Under the pieces are notes generated by a model that was not told where the DNA came from, did no database searches, and saw nothing but the letters and a program-made list of their open reading frames with translations. A stretch of DNA of 64,000 nucleotides. Source: Vulcanimicrobiota bacterium. Its GTDB lineage: Bacteria; Vulcanimicrobiota; Vulcanimicrobiia; Vulcanimicrobiales; Vulcanimicrobiaceae. Shown one piece after another: positions 29,296 to 38,200 of this stretch (its first letter is position 1; every line of letters begins with the position of its first letter). The stretch lies in assembly GCA_963733295.1 (NCBI GenBank), contig CAVTCS010000003.1, forward strand, positions 2,784,001 to 2,848,000, read 5' to 3'. Made by a program: the position numbers and the translations under genes.

Positions 29296-30302
29296 TACTT
29301 TTGCTCCAAAGCGCTCACGCGCCGATACAGCTTTTCGAGGTTACGAATCCGAACCTGCTGGCGAAGTTCGGCGTGATGGTCCTGCGCCGGTTGACCGCTG
29401 ATGAACGCTCCGTCCGGTACGTCGTGCCAGACCATCGTGTTTCCGGCGATCGTCACGCGCGAGCCGACGGTGATGTGACCTTTGAACGCGCTCGCCCCTC
29501 CGACGACCGTATAGTCGCCCACGACCGTCGAGCCGGCCAGGCCGGTCAGCGCCGCGAACCCGCAGTTCCGTCCGATCCGGCAGTTGTGTCCGACTTGCAC
29601 GAGGTTGTCGATCTTCGTTCCTTCGCCGATACTCGTCGTGCCGGTTTGCGCGCGATCGATGCACGCGTTCGAACCGATCTCGACGTCGTTGCCGAGTTCG
29701 ACGTTTCCGATCTGCGGGATCTTTGCGAAGCGCCCGTCGTAAAACGCGTAACCGAAACCGTCGCTTCCCACCACGGCGCCGGCCTGCAACGTGACCCGAT
29801 CGCCGGCGACGCAGCGGTCGAGAAAGAGCGCGCGCGGATGCAGCGTACAGCGCCGGCCCAAACGCGCGCCCGCGCCGATCACCGCCCCGGCGAGCACGAC
29901 GCTTTCGGCACCGAGCTCCGCTTGTGCGCCGATCGACACGTGGGGCCCGATGTAGCAGTCGGGACCGACGCGCGCGCTGGGATCGACGACCGCGCTCGGG
30001 TGGCGGTACGGTCCGGCGGGGCGCGGCGGTTCGAGCGCGGCGAGCAGCTTGCCCAGAGCCGTCCGGGCGGAGGCGACGAGCAACAGCGGTTTGCGTATCT
30101 CGCCGGCGCGCTCGGCCAGCTCCGGCTCGGTCAACACCGCCGCGGCTTTTCCCGAAAGCGCCACGCGCAGATACTTCTCGTCGGTCGCGAAGGTCAGCGC
30201 TCGCTCGTCCACGTCGTCGACCGCGGCGATCCGCTCGATTTCGAGCGACGCGTCGCCGCGCACGGTTCCGTCGACCAGCGCGGCGTACTCGGCGAGGGTC
30301 AA
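29295..30302 (-). CDS. lpxD: UDP-3-O-(3-hydroxyacyl)glucosamine N-acyltransferase
   Basis: GSDGFGY, KIPQIGNV, CIDRA, KIDNLVQVGHNC. TTG start at 30302. Confidence 0.95.
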   Translation of the reverse strand: MTLAEYAALVDGTVRGDASLEIERIAAVDDVDERALTFATDEKYLRVALSGKAAAVLTEPELAERAGEIRKPLLLVASARTALGKLLAALEPPRPAGPYRHPSAVVDPSARVGPDCYIGPHVSIGAQAELGAESVVLAGAVIGAGARLGRRCTLHPRALFLDRCVAGDRVTLQAGAVVGSDGFGYAFYDGRFAKIPQIGNVELGNDVEIGSNACIDRAQTGTTSIGEGTKIDNLVQVGHNCRIGRNCGFAALTGLAGSTVVGDYTVVGGASAFKGHITVGSRVTIAGNTMVWHDVPDGAFISGQPAQDHHAELRQQVRIRNLEKLYRRVSALEQK

Positions 30303-30306
30303 GACT

Positions 30307-30708
30307 TCAGCTCTTCGGCGGGGGTTGCTCGGTGATCTTGAGGACCTTTTCGACGTCGGGCGTGATGTCCACGCCTCCGTAGCCGACGAACTCGTGGGTG
30401 ACGACGAGCTTGAAGTGACGCGCGGTTGCGACTTGCTCGACCGCACTCCGGACGTCGCCGGTCACTTCGTTTTGCATGCTGAGGTAGCGCTGCCGCAAAG
30501 CTGCGATGCGCGCGGCCTTCTGCCGCGCCGAGTCGCTCGAACGCTGGATCGCTTCCGTGTCCGCAGCCAACTGATTGTTGTAGTTGATGAACTTCGGCCA
30601 GTTCGAAGTGAGCCGCGCTATGTCGACGGTTGCGATTTGAGAGGAAGCTTGCTGTGCGCATCCGGCGAGCGCTACTAGTGCGGCGGCGGCGATGATCGTT
30701 CGTCTCAC
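30307..30708 (-). CDS. short Skp/OmpH-like lipoprotein
   Basis: Lipobox LAGC, IATVD, C-terminal GGVDITPDV. Confidence 0.7.
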   Translation of the reverse strand: MRRTIIAAAALVALAGCAQQASSQIATVDIARLTSNWPKFINYNNQLAADTEAIQRSSDSARQKAARIAALRQRYLSMQNEVTGDVRSAVEQVATARHFKLVVTHEFVGYGGVDITPDVEKVLKITEQPPPKS

Positions 30709-32024
30709 TCGTGTAAACTCTCGATATCCTTCTCGGCGTCGGCCGTCAAATCGACGCCGCCGGCCGGTGCGATGATACTGCTGAAAACGACGTTCACGCC
30801 TCGCTTCTCGGCGATCAGCCTCACTTCACGGTCGATCTGCGCGACCATTTCGTCGTACAGTTCCCCACGTTGTTTTTGAAGCGCGTCGAGTTGGCGGCTC
30901 GTGCCTTCCTGTGCGTCGGAGTCGACGCCCTCGAGGCGCCGGAAACGCTGCGTCAAGTCGTTTCTGGTCTTTTGGAAATCGGCGATTGTTTTTTCGGCGT
31001 CCTTGTTGAAATCGTCTTGGTACTTCTTATGCAACGCCTCGAGTTTGGCGCGCATGTCGGAAGGCACGCTCAGCCGGCCGGGAGCGCCTCCCGAGGACAC
31101 TGCCACCGAGCCGAGCTGACCCACGAGACCGGTCTGTACCGTTCGATCGTGGGCCTTCATCTGTGCGACCGTCCTCGCGTTGAGGATCGCGAACTGCTTG
31201 TCGAATTCGGTTTTGCTCTGATCGCGCAGCTGCGTCTGAAGCGCGACCAGGATCGCCTGGTCCCGGTTCTTGAGCGCGGCCAGGCCATCGCTCTCTTTCT
31301 GATTCAGCGCGTCGAGCTGCTTGCGCGTGGCCTGACGATCGGCATCGTCGAGCGCGAGGTTCTGCAGCTTGGTCGAAAGCGAGAGGCGTTCGGTGGCGTC
31401 CTGATTCGCTTCGGCGAGCGCGAAGTCGGACTCTTTGCGCTGCAGTTCCTCGACCTTGGTGCGGTAGGTTCGAGCCGCTTTCTCTTCGAGCGAACGCTGT
31501 AGCCCCAAGAGCGCAGCCCGGTTCTGCGCGACGGTTTGACGCCGGTAGGCGTCGAGGTCTGAGTTGGCAACGGCTCCGGCGTTGCCCGCCTGGGTCGCCG
31601 ACTGGCGCGCGACGCCGCCCGCAATCGTGGCGCCGCTCGGACCGGCCGGCACGCCGGCGGCGCTCAATGCGGCCGCGATTGCGGCCTGCTCGCGTTTGGC
31701 GTACTCTTCCTGCTTATCTTTGAGCGCCTGCTTCGTGCGATTCGCAGCGTCGTCGAGCTGCTTTTGCAAGATCTTCTCTTCACGCGTGAGGTCGGGGCTG
31801 GTGGGTCGCGGCATGCTCGCGTCGAGCGATTTGAGCTCCAAGGCCTGCATGTCGGAGTCGAGCTTCTCGAGCTCGCCGTAAAGCGGATGCTTCTTAACGA
31901 GCGCGTCCATATTAACGTAGCCCATCACGCCGGATTGTTTCGTGCCGGTCGGGCCGGAAACGGCGCCGGTGCAAGACGAGAGTGCGAGCGCGAGCAATGC
32001 CGCCCCGACGCTACTTGAGCGCAC
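30705..32024 (-). CDS. long coiled-coil Skp/OmpH-like lipoprotein
   Basis: Lipobox LSSC, MGYVNMDAL, extended helical arms, AEKRGVNVV...GGVDLT. Confidence 0.7.
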   Translation of the reverse strand: MRSSSVGAALLALALSSCTGAVSGPTGTKQSGVMGYVNMDALVKKHPLYGELEKLDSDMQALELKSLDASMPRPTSPDLTREEKILQKQLDDAANRTKQALKDKQEEYAKREQAAIAAALSAAGVPAGPSGATIAGGVARQSATQAGNAGAVANSDLDAYRRQTVAQNRAALLGLQRSLEEKAARTYRTKVEELQRKESDFALAEANQDATERLSLSTKLQNLALDDADRQATRKQLDALNQKESDGLAALKNRDQAILVALQTQLRDQSKTEFDKQFAILNARTVAQMKAHDRTVQTGLVGQLGSVAVSSGGAPGRLSVPSDMRAKLEALHKKYQDDFNKDAEKTIADFQKTRNDLTQRFRRLEGVDSDAQEGTSRQLDALQKQRGELYDEMVAQIDREVRLIAEKRGVNVVFSSIIAPAGGVDLTADAEKDIESLHE

Positions 32025-32820
32025 TCGTGACGTCGCTCGTTATATCGAGGCCGCCGAAGATCAGATTGCCGCGATCGATCACCAAGATCAGGCCGTGCTT
32101 CTTCGCCACCGTCGCAATCGCGGCGCGGGTTTGGTCGACGAGCGGCTGGATCAGCTGGGCCTGCTTGTCGGCGATGGTCTTGCGAGCGTCCTGGAAGATC
32201 TTGCGTCGCTCGTCGTCCGTCTTGGCGGCGTGCATCGCTTGCTGCGCTTTCGCTTGCTCGTCGTTGGAGAACTTGAGGAACTCGTCGTTGACCGCCTTGA
32301 TGCGCGGCACCGCGTCGATCTGCCGCTGGTCCACGTAGCCGACGCTCGAGGGCGGGGGCGTGGTGACCGGCGGAATCGGATCGCCGGGACCGGTCAGCAA
32401 GTCGATGACGTTGCGCGTGACGTCCTGTCCGCCGAAGACGATGATGCGCTTGTCGACGATGACCGAGAGGTTCTTACTCGAGGCGACGGAGGCGATGGCG
32501 ACCTGGGCGCGCTGGAAGAGCGGCCCCATCAGCTCGCGCTGCCGGTCGGCCAGTCGGTTCTGGAACTGCTGCGCGATGCGCGCTTGCGTAGTCGGATCCT
32601 TGACGCCGCGCATCTGTTGCGCGAACTGCTTGTCCAGCTGTTGCTTGTAGGCGGCCAACTCGCGGTTCGCGCTTTGGAACGACGAAATGTTCGAAAGCGC
32701 CGCCTGGTCGAGGAAGCCGATATCGGTGAGGTCGGCCGCGAGCGTCGCCGGCGCGAACGTCGCCGCGAGCACGAATGCGGCGAGCGCGGCGATGGTTTTG
32801 GGATGGATCTTGATACGCAT
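32011..32820 (-). CDS. tandem-domain OmpH/Skp chaperone
   Basis: Signal peptide; two repeats (IGFLD...GGQDVT and VGYVD...GGLDIT). Confidence 0.85.
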   Translation of the reverse strand: MRIKIHPKTIAALAAFVLAATFAPATLAADLTDIGFLDQAALSNISSFQSANRELAAYKQQLDKQFAQQMRGVKDPTTQARIAQQFQNRLADRQRELMGPLFQRAQVAIASVASSKNLSVIVDKRIIVFGGQDVTRNVIDLLTGPGDPIPPVTTPPPSSVGYVDQRQIDAVPRIKAVNDEFLKFSNDEQAKAQQAMHAAKTDDERRKIFQDARKTIADKQAQLIQPLVDQTRAAIATVAKKHGLILVIDRGNLIFGGLDITSDVTSALK

Positions 32821-32825
32821 CTCCG

Positions 32826-35093
32826 TCAGAAACTCTGTCCTATGCCGAAACTGGTGTGAAATTCGTTGAGGCCGCGGGCGAAGTCGATCCGGATCGAGCG
32901 GAAGCCCAGCTGCGGCAGGTCGAACCGGAGACCGGCACCGACGTCGCCATAGTAGTACCAGTCGTTGTAGTCCGCGACAACATTACCGAATTGGTCGAGA
33001 AGGGGCTGGGCACCTCGGATTTTCTGGACTCCGTAGTCGGTGAAGAAGGCTAGGTTGAACTTCCGGTCGGCGGTCAACGGGTAGCGCAGCTCCGCTTGGA
33101 ACAGCCCTTCCTCCGTGCCGTAGAAGGTTTGGCTATAGCCCCGCAGCTGCTGATCGGAGAAGATGAACAGTTTGTTGGGTGGGATGGCCCCCGTCGTAAA
33201 ACCTCCCAGGAAGTGGAAACCGAGCGTCGAGGAGTGCAAAACGGGGAAGAATCTCGCCACGTCGAGCGTCGTAACCGTATATTGGAAGTCCGACCCGAGC
33301 ACGTGACCGCTCAACTCCTCGCTAAGAGAAGCCAGGACGCCGCGACGCGGATTGAAGACGTCGTCGCGCGAGTCGAGTTGCAGCCCCAGCGTAATGCTGC
33401 GCAGATTGTCGGACTCGCCGTTCGTGGTATTCGCGATCGAGGAAGCTTCGATGCCGAGCGTCGTCCCGTTATTGGTCGTGCCGAAGGGGCTCGTGCTGGT
33501 CGGGCTGTTGAGAATCGTCTGTTGCTGCCCGGCGAGAAAGTACGGCGCGGGTAGGGTCACGTCGGTCGCGATGCGCTGGGCCGTGGCTCCGAACGAGGCG
33601 GTCAGGGTGTCGGTGAGCCGGCGGCCGATGCTGCCCGAGATTCCATTTGCGCGGGTCGCGTAGTTGGCCGAGATGCCCGAAAGCACGTTGGAGTTCGGGG
33701 TGAGGATGACCGGGATCGTCCCTAAGCCGTTTCCGTTCGAGGGGCCGTGCGGATTGGGTGTCGAGATGATCGGACTGGGCGCGACCGACTGCGCCGACGA
33801 GGCCTGATAGGCCTGGTAATAGTTGATCTGGTTGTTGGTAAAGATCGACGCGCCCAGGCTGTAGCGCTGCGACTGCGGCGTGTCGCCGAGATACGGAATT
33901 CCAACCGAGAGCGAAGCGTCGGCGACGCGCACGCCGCGCTCGAAGCGAATCGTCGAGCTGTTGCCGGTGCCGTTGATGTTGTTCTGCGAATACGAAAGCG
34001 TACCGGTCAAGCCCTCACCGTTCGCGCCGCCGGAATAGCCGGCGCCGATCTGCGCGGTTCCGGTGCGCTGCTCTTTTACGTTCCAGTCCAAGGTGATCTC
34101 GTAGGGCTTCTTCGGATTCGGACCGGGCTTCGTGTTGAGATCGACTTTCTCGAAGTAACCGAGGTTGTTGAGCCGCTCGTAGTCGCGCCTCAAGAGCCCT
34201 TGCGTCACGAGCATTCCGGGCCGCAGACGGAGCTGGCGGCGGATGACGTTGTCCTTGGTGACGGTGTTTCCGGTGATCTGCACGGCGCCGACGACCATAG
34301 CGTAGATCGTGTATTTGACGGTCGCCGTGCCCTTCTCGAGGTTCACGGTCGCGGGGTCGACGCCGGCTTCGAAATCGCCGAGTTGCAGATCGTACTTTTC
34401 GTACAACTTCTTGACGTTCTCGAAGTCCTTGTCGCGCAGGTCCTCGGAGTACGGCTGACCGATCTTCAGCGAAAGCGACTGCTTGATCAGCTCCTTCGAG
34501 ATGAACGGCATGCCCTCGATCTGGATGTCGGCGACGGTGAGGCCCTCGCGAATCTGAAGGCTCAACGTGCCGTCCTTGCCGACGTTGACGCCGACCACGT
34601 GCGAAGGCAGCTGGCCCTGATATCCGATCTTGTCGTAGTACGAATTGATCTTCAGCACGTCCTGATGAAACGTGCTCGTGTTGAAGACTTGACCCGCCGA
34701 GGTGTCCATCAGCGCCAGCAGCGTGTCGCTCGGCACGTGGTCGTTGCCGCTGAAAACGATGCTGTTGATCACCGGATTCTCAACGACGCGAAAGGTGATC
34801 GCGATGCCGTCGGGCCGCTGCCTGATCAGCGGCGGAACCTGATCCGCAAAATAGCCGAGGTCGAAGATCGCCTGAAGATCCTCGCGTACGGTGGCCTCGT
34901 CGAAGGGCTGCCCGACCTTCGTCTTCACGACCGACAAGATGCGGTCGGTCGGCACGTGCACGTTTCCCGACACGTCGACGCTGACGACCAGCGGTGCAGT
35001 CGCCGCGGCTTGCGTCAGCGTAGGAACGAGCAGGTTCCAAACGACGGCGAGCGCGAGAAGCGCCCGACGCACGCGGCGAAGTCGGCAGATCAT
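32826..35093 (-). CDS. bamA: outer membrane protein assembly factor (Omp85)
   Basis: POTRA repeats (V.GN..V, DLQAIFDLGYF), EQRTG barrel start, DSRDDVFNPRRG, LRGY, C-terminal IGQSF. Confidence 0.92.
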   Translation of the reverse strand: MICRLRRVRRALLALAVVWNLLVPTLTQAAATAPLVVSVDVSGNVHVPTDRILSVVKTKVGQPFDEATVREDLQAIFDLGYFADQVPPLIRQRPDGIAITFRVVENPVINSIVFSGNDHVPSDTLLALMDTSAGQVFNTSTFHQDVLKINSYYDKIGYQGQLPSHVVGVNVGKDGTLSLQIREGLTVADIQIEGMPFISKELIKQSLSLKIGQPYSEDLRDKDFENVKKLYEKYDLQLGDFEAGVDPATVNLEKGTATVKYTIYAMVVGAVQITGNTVTKDNVIRRQLRLRPGMLVTQGLLRRDYERLNNLGYFEKVDLNTKPGPNPKKPYEITLDWNVKEQRTGTAQIGAGYSGGANGEGLTGTLSYSQNNINGTGNSSTIRFERGVRVADASLSVGIPYLGDTPQSQRYSLGASIFTNNQINYYQAYQASSAQSVAPSPIISTPNPHGPSNGNGLGTIPVILTPNSNVLSGISANYATRANGISGSIGRRLTDTLTASFGATAQRIATDVTLPAPYFLAGQQQTILNSPTSTSPFGTTNNGTTLGIEASSIANTTNGESDNLRSITLGLQLDSRDDVFNPRRGVLASLSEELSGHVLGSDFQYTVTTLDVARFFPVLHSSTLGFHFLGGFTTGAIPPNKLFIFSDQQLRGYSQTFYGTEEGLFQAELRYPLTADRKFNLAFFTDYGVQKIRGAQPLLDQFGNVVADYNDWYYYGDVGAGLRFDLPQLGFRSIRIDFARGLNEFHTSFGIGQSF

Positions 35094-35262
35094 ACGTGAA
35101 TGATAGGTTCCTTTCGCATCGTCACGTGCCGCGACGGCGCGGGCGTTGCGCTTCGACCTGCCGAGCAAACGCGCAGGCCCACCCGAATGTTTCTTTGTAG
35201 CGCCGCGGCCTTCGGTCCGGGTACGGGGGGCACCCCCCGCCGAGCGAGTGTCCATTCACAGC

Positions 35263-38200
35263 TTACGGCAGCAGGAGTTGCAGCGAAGCGGCGAAGCCGC
35301 TCGTCCCGCCGATCGGCTGAGCGGCCGTGATCCGGGTGCTCTGCGGCGTGCCGTAGAGCAGCGCCGGGTACGCGACGAAAATGTTCTGGGCGCCGACCGT
35401 ATCGAACGCCGTGACCTGAGCGGCGGTAAATTGATTCGGCTTGATCTCGAAACCGAACGACTGCCGCGTCGGGTAGCCGAACGTCTGTGAATAGATCGCG
35501 TTGACGAACTTGCCCAGACCTTTCCGGGCGGTGACGCCGACCGCGCCCGTAACGTCGACGTTGACGTTGATGTCGGAAAGGCCGAGCGCGCCGGCGGCCT
35601 GCGTCTCGAACGGCGCCAGTAGATTCTTCGTGAACTGCGCGTTGGCGATGTTGAAGGCTTGCTGCCCGATCGTATTCTGCCCGCTTGTATTGCGCGTGAC
35701 CGCGCCCGCCGGATACCCGTTCACGTCGAACAGGTTCGCTCCGAGGCTCGGCGCCCCGAGTAGCAGCCCCAAGATCTGCTCGCGGCTGTAGCTTGGGGTC
35801 GACGCGAGTTGGATATCGAGGTTGCTGACCGGGCCTTTTACCGTGATCGTTATGTCGGCCGAGCCCGAGACGTTCCGAAAACCGTTCGGATCGGGGTTGG
35901 ACACGTGCGTCGTCGCAACCGCATCCAGGTTGGGAATCAGCCCTTGGCTCGGATCGAACGTCACCTTTCCGCTCTGTACGCGAAACACGGTGTTGAAATA
36001 GCTGAGCGTGCCGCCGGTCGAATCGAGTTCGCCGCTCAGGCTCGGATCGGCCAGCGTCCCTCCCACGTGGATCGCGCCGGTCCCGCCGATATCGATGTTC
36101 GAACTGCGCACGCGAACGTTGCGCTCGGCGGTCACGTCCAGCGCGAGGTCGAGCTTGGGCCGCGCGGGAGCGGGCGAAGCTCCGGCCGGCGCCGGCGGCG
36201 CGACGAGACCAGGAACGTCGCTCGAGCCGGCCAGGGAAATTGCGCCGACGGAGAGCGCCGAAAACGGCACGACCGTGTCCGAAAGGCCCACTTTCCCGCT
36301 CAGGAGCGGCGGGCCGCCGGCGGGCCGCTCGAGCGTGACGCTCCCGTCGAGCGTGCCCCGCCCGTAAGCCGGAAGATCGAGCCGCAGGCCCCGCGTGAGC
36401 GCGGTCAGGCGGAAGCTGGAATCCAAACCGAGCGTCGCTCGCCCGCTCCCCTCGACGCTCCCCCCGCCGGCCTCTGCGTGGAAGCTTTCGAGTGTCGCGG
36501 CGTCGCGATCGAAGCTGACCGCCGCGCTGATTTTGCTCAACGGTTCGGTCTCGAAGCTGGGCACCGTCGCGGCACCGCCCGATAAAGTCAGGCGCCCCTC
36601 GACGCGCGGTGCACCGGCGGTCCCGGAGACGCCGACCCGGCCTTCGATCAGCCCGAGCAGGGTCGAACCTTTCGGCAACAGCGGGACGAAGTTCGAAAGG
36701 TCGAGGCCCCGGGAAGTGACCTCGACCTCGACCGGCGCAGCCGGTGGCCCGAAACCGAACGGCGAGAACGTGAAGGGCACCGCTCCTGCAAAATCCACTC
36801 GGCCCTTGGAGAGCACGAGTTCGGCGCCTTCGAGTTCCACGGAGCGGCCTTGGAGCCGGAACTGGCCGAGCGCTTGCGGGATCGCGATGCTCTGGAACGT
36901 CGCCTCGTGCACGTAGAAGCCGCCGGCGATGCTCGGCTTCGCGCGCGTGCCGGTCAGCTTGACGTCGGTTTCGCCCGATCCCCCAAGCGCGAGTTTCGCG
37001 CCGGTGAGGCGCGTGCCCAAGCCGGCGAGGTCGTTCGTCGTCGCGTGAAGCGAAAGTGCGATCGGATCGGTGGGCCCGACGCCGATGATTCCGCTTCCCG
37101 TGGCTTGCAACGTTCCGAGATCGAGCGCCGCCGCGGCCAGCGTCACGCTGCGCAGATCGGCCGTCGCTGAAAGGGTGAAGCGGTTGATCGGAATCTTGCC
37201 GTAATGTCCGCCGTTCAGACTCGCGCTGACTGCGAGATTCGGCTGACTCAAGCTTCCGGAAATTCGCGTGTCCGCATCCAGCCGTCCGGTCATCGGCAGT
37301 TGGTAACCGAGCACCGGCAGCCAGGTGCTGAGATCGAAATCGCGCAACGTCGCCTGCCCGTTGAAGCGCGAGTGCCGTAGCAGCGTCGCAAGCGGCGCGC
37401 GTCCCGCCAAGCGGACCGTACCCGCCGCATCGAGCCGGCCCGCCGCGCCTCCGAATGCGAGCTTGCCCGTCACGTTGCGCCCGTTGCTCGACCAGGTCGC
37501 GGTCGAGTCGCCCAAATTGAAACGCAGGTAGCGCAGGCCGGCGAACTCGACGTCGGCGTTCGTCGCGAGTTTGCCTCCACGACGCGAGAAGACGGCGTTC
37601 ACGCGACCGACGCCGTCCAGCGTATCGCCCGTATCGAAGAGGTCGTCGAAATCCGCGAGGTTCGCGCGCGAAGCGAAGAGTTTCGCCGCGAGATCGCCCG
37701 GGCGGTAATCGGCAGCGAAGGCGACCCGCGTCGAACCGACTGCGACCGTTCCATCTTGGGCGGACAGACCGTGCGGGTCCGCCGCGAAGCGGGCCGACGC
37801 GTCGCGGAAGGCTTGGCCTTGGAAGGTCCCCTCGGAAAGCGCGATGCGCCCCGCGACCGCGGGAGCGGCGCTCGTGCCGTTCACGCGCACGTCGGCATCG
37901 AAGGTGCCCGCGATGTCGTGACGCGCCGGAACGAGTAGTTGCGCAAACGGGACGACGCGCGCGTTCTCGGTGCTGACCGCAAGGTCGAGCGCGACCGGCC
38001 CTCGCCCGAGATCCGCGACGGTGCCGGCAAAGTGGCCGTAGTTGCCGTCGACCAAGGCTTCGCCGCCGTCCAGTTTGGCGGTGTCTCCGCGCAACGCGAT
38101 CCCGCTGCTGCCGGAGACCGAGAGATTCCTTACGCGCGCCGCCGCGAGCGAGAGCGTTCCGTCAAAATCGGTTCCGTCCGCCGCTTGACGAACGTTCCCC

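Noticed and set aside
35224..35239. CGGGGGG-CA-CCCCCCG inverted repeat between tamB and bamA
   Set aside because: Low complexity, no U-tract and no second copy noticed; function cannot be supported.
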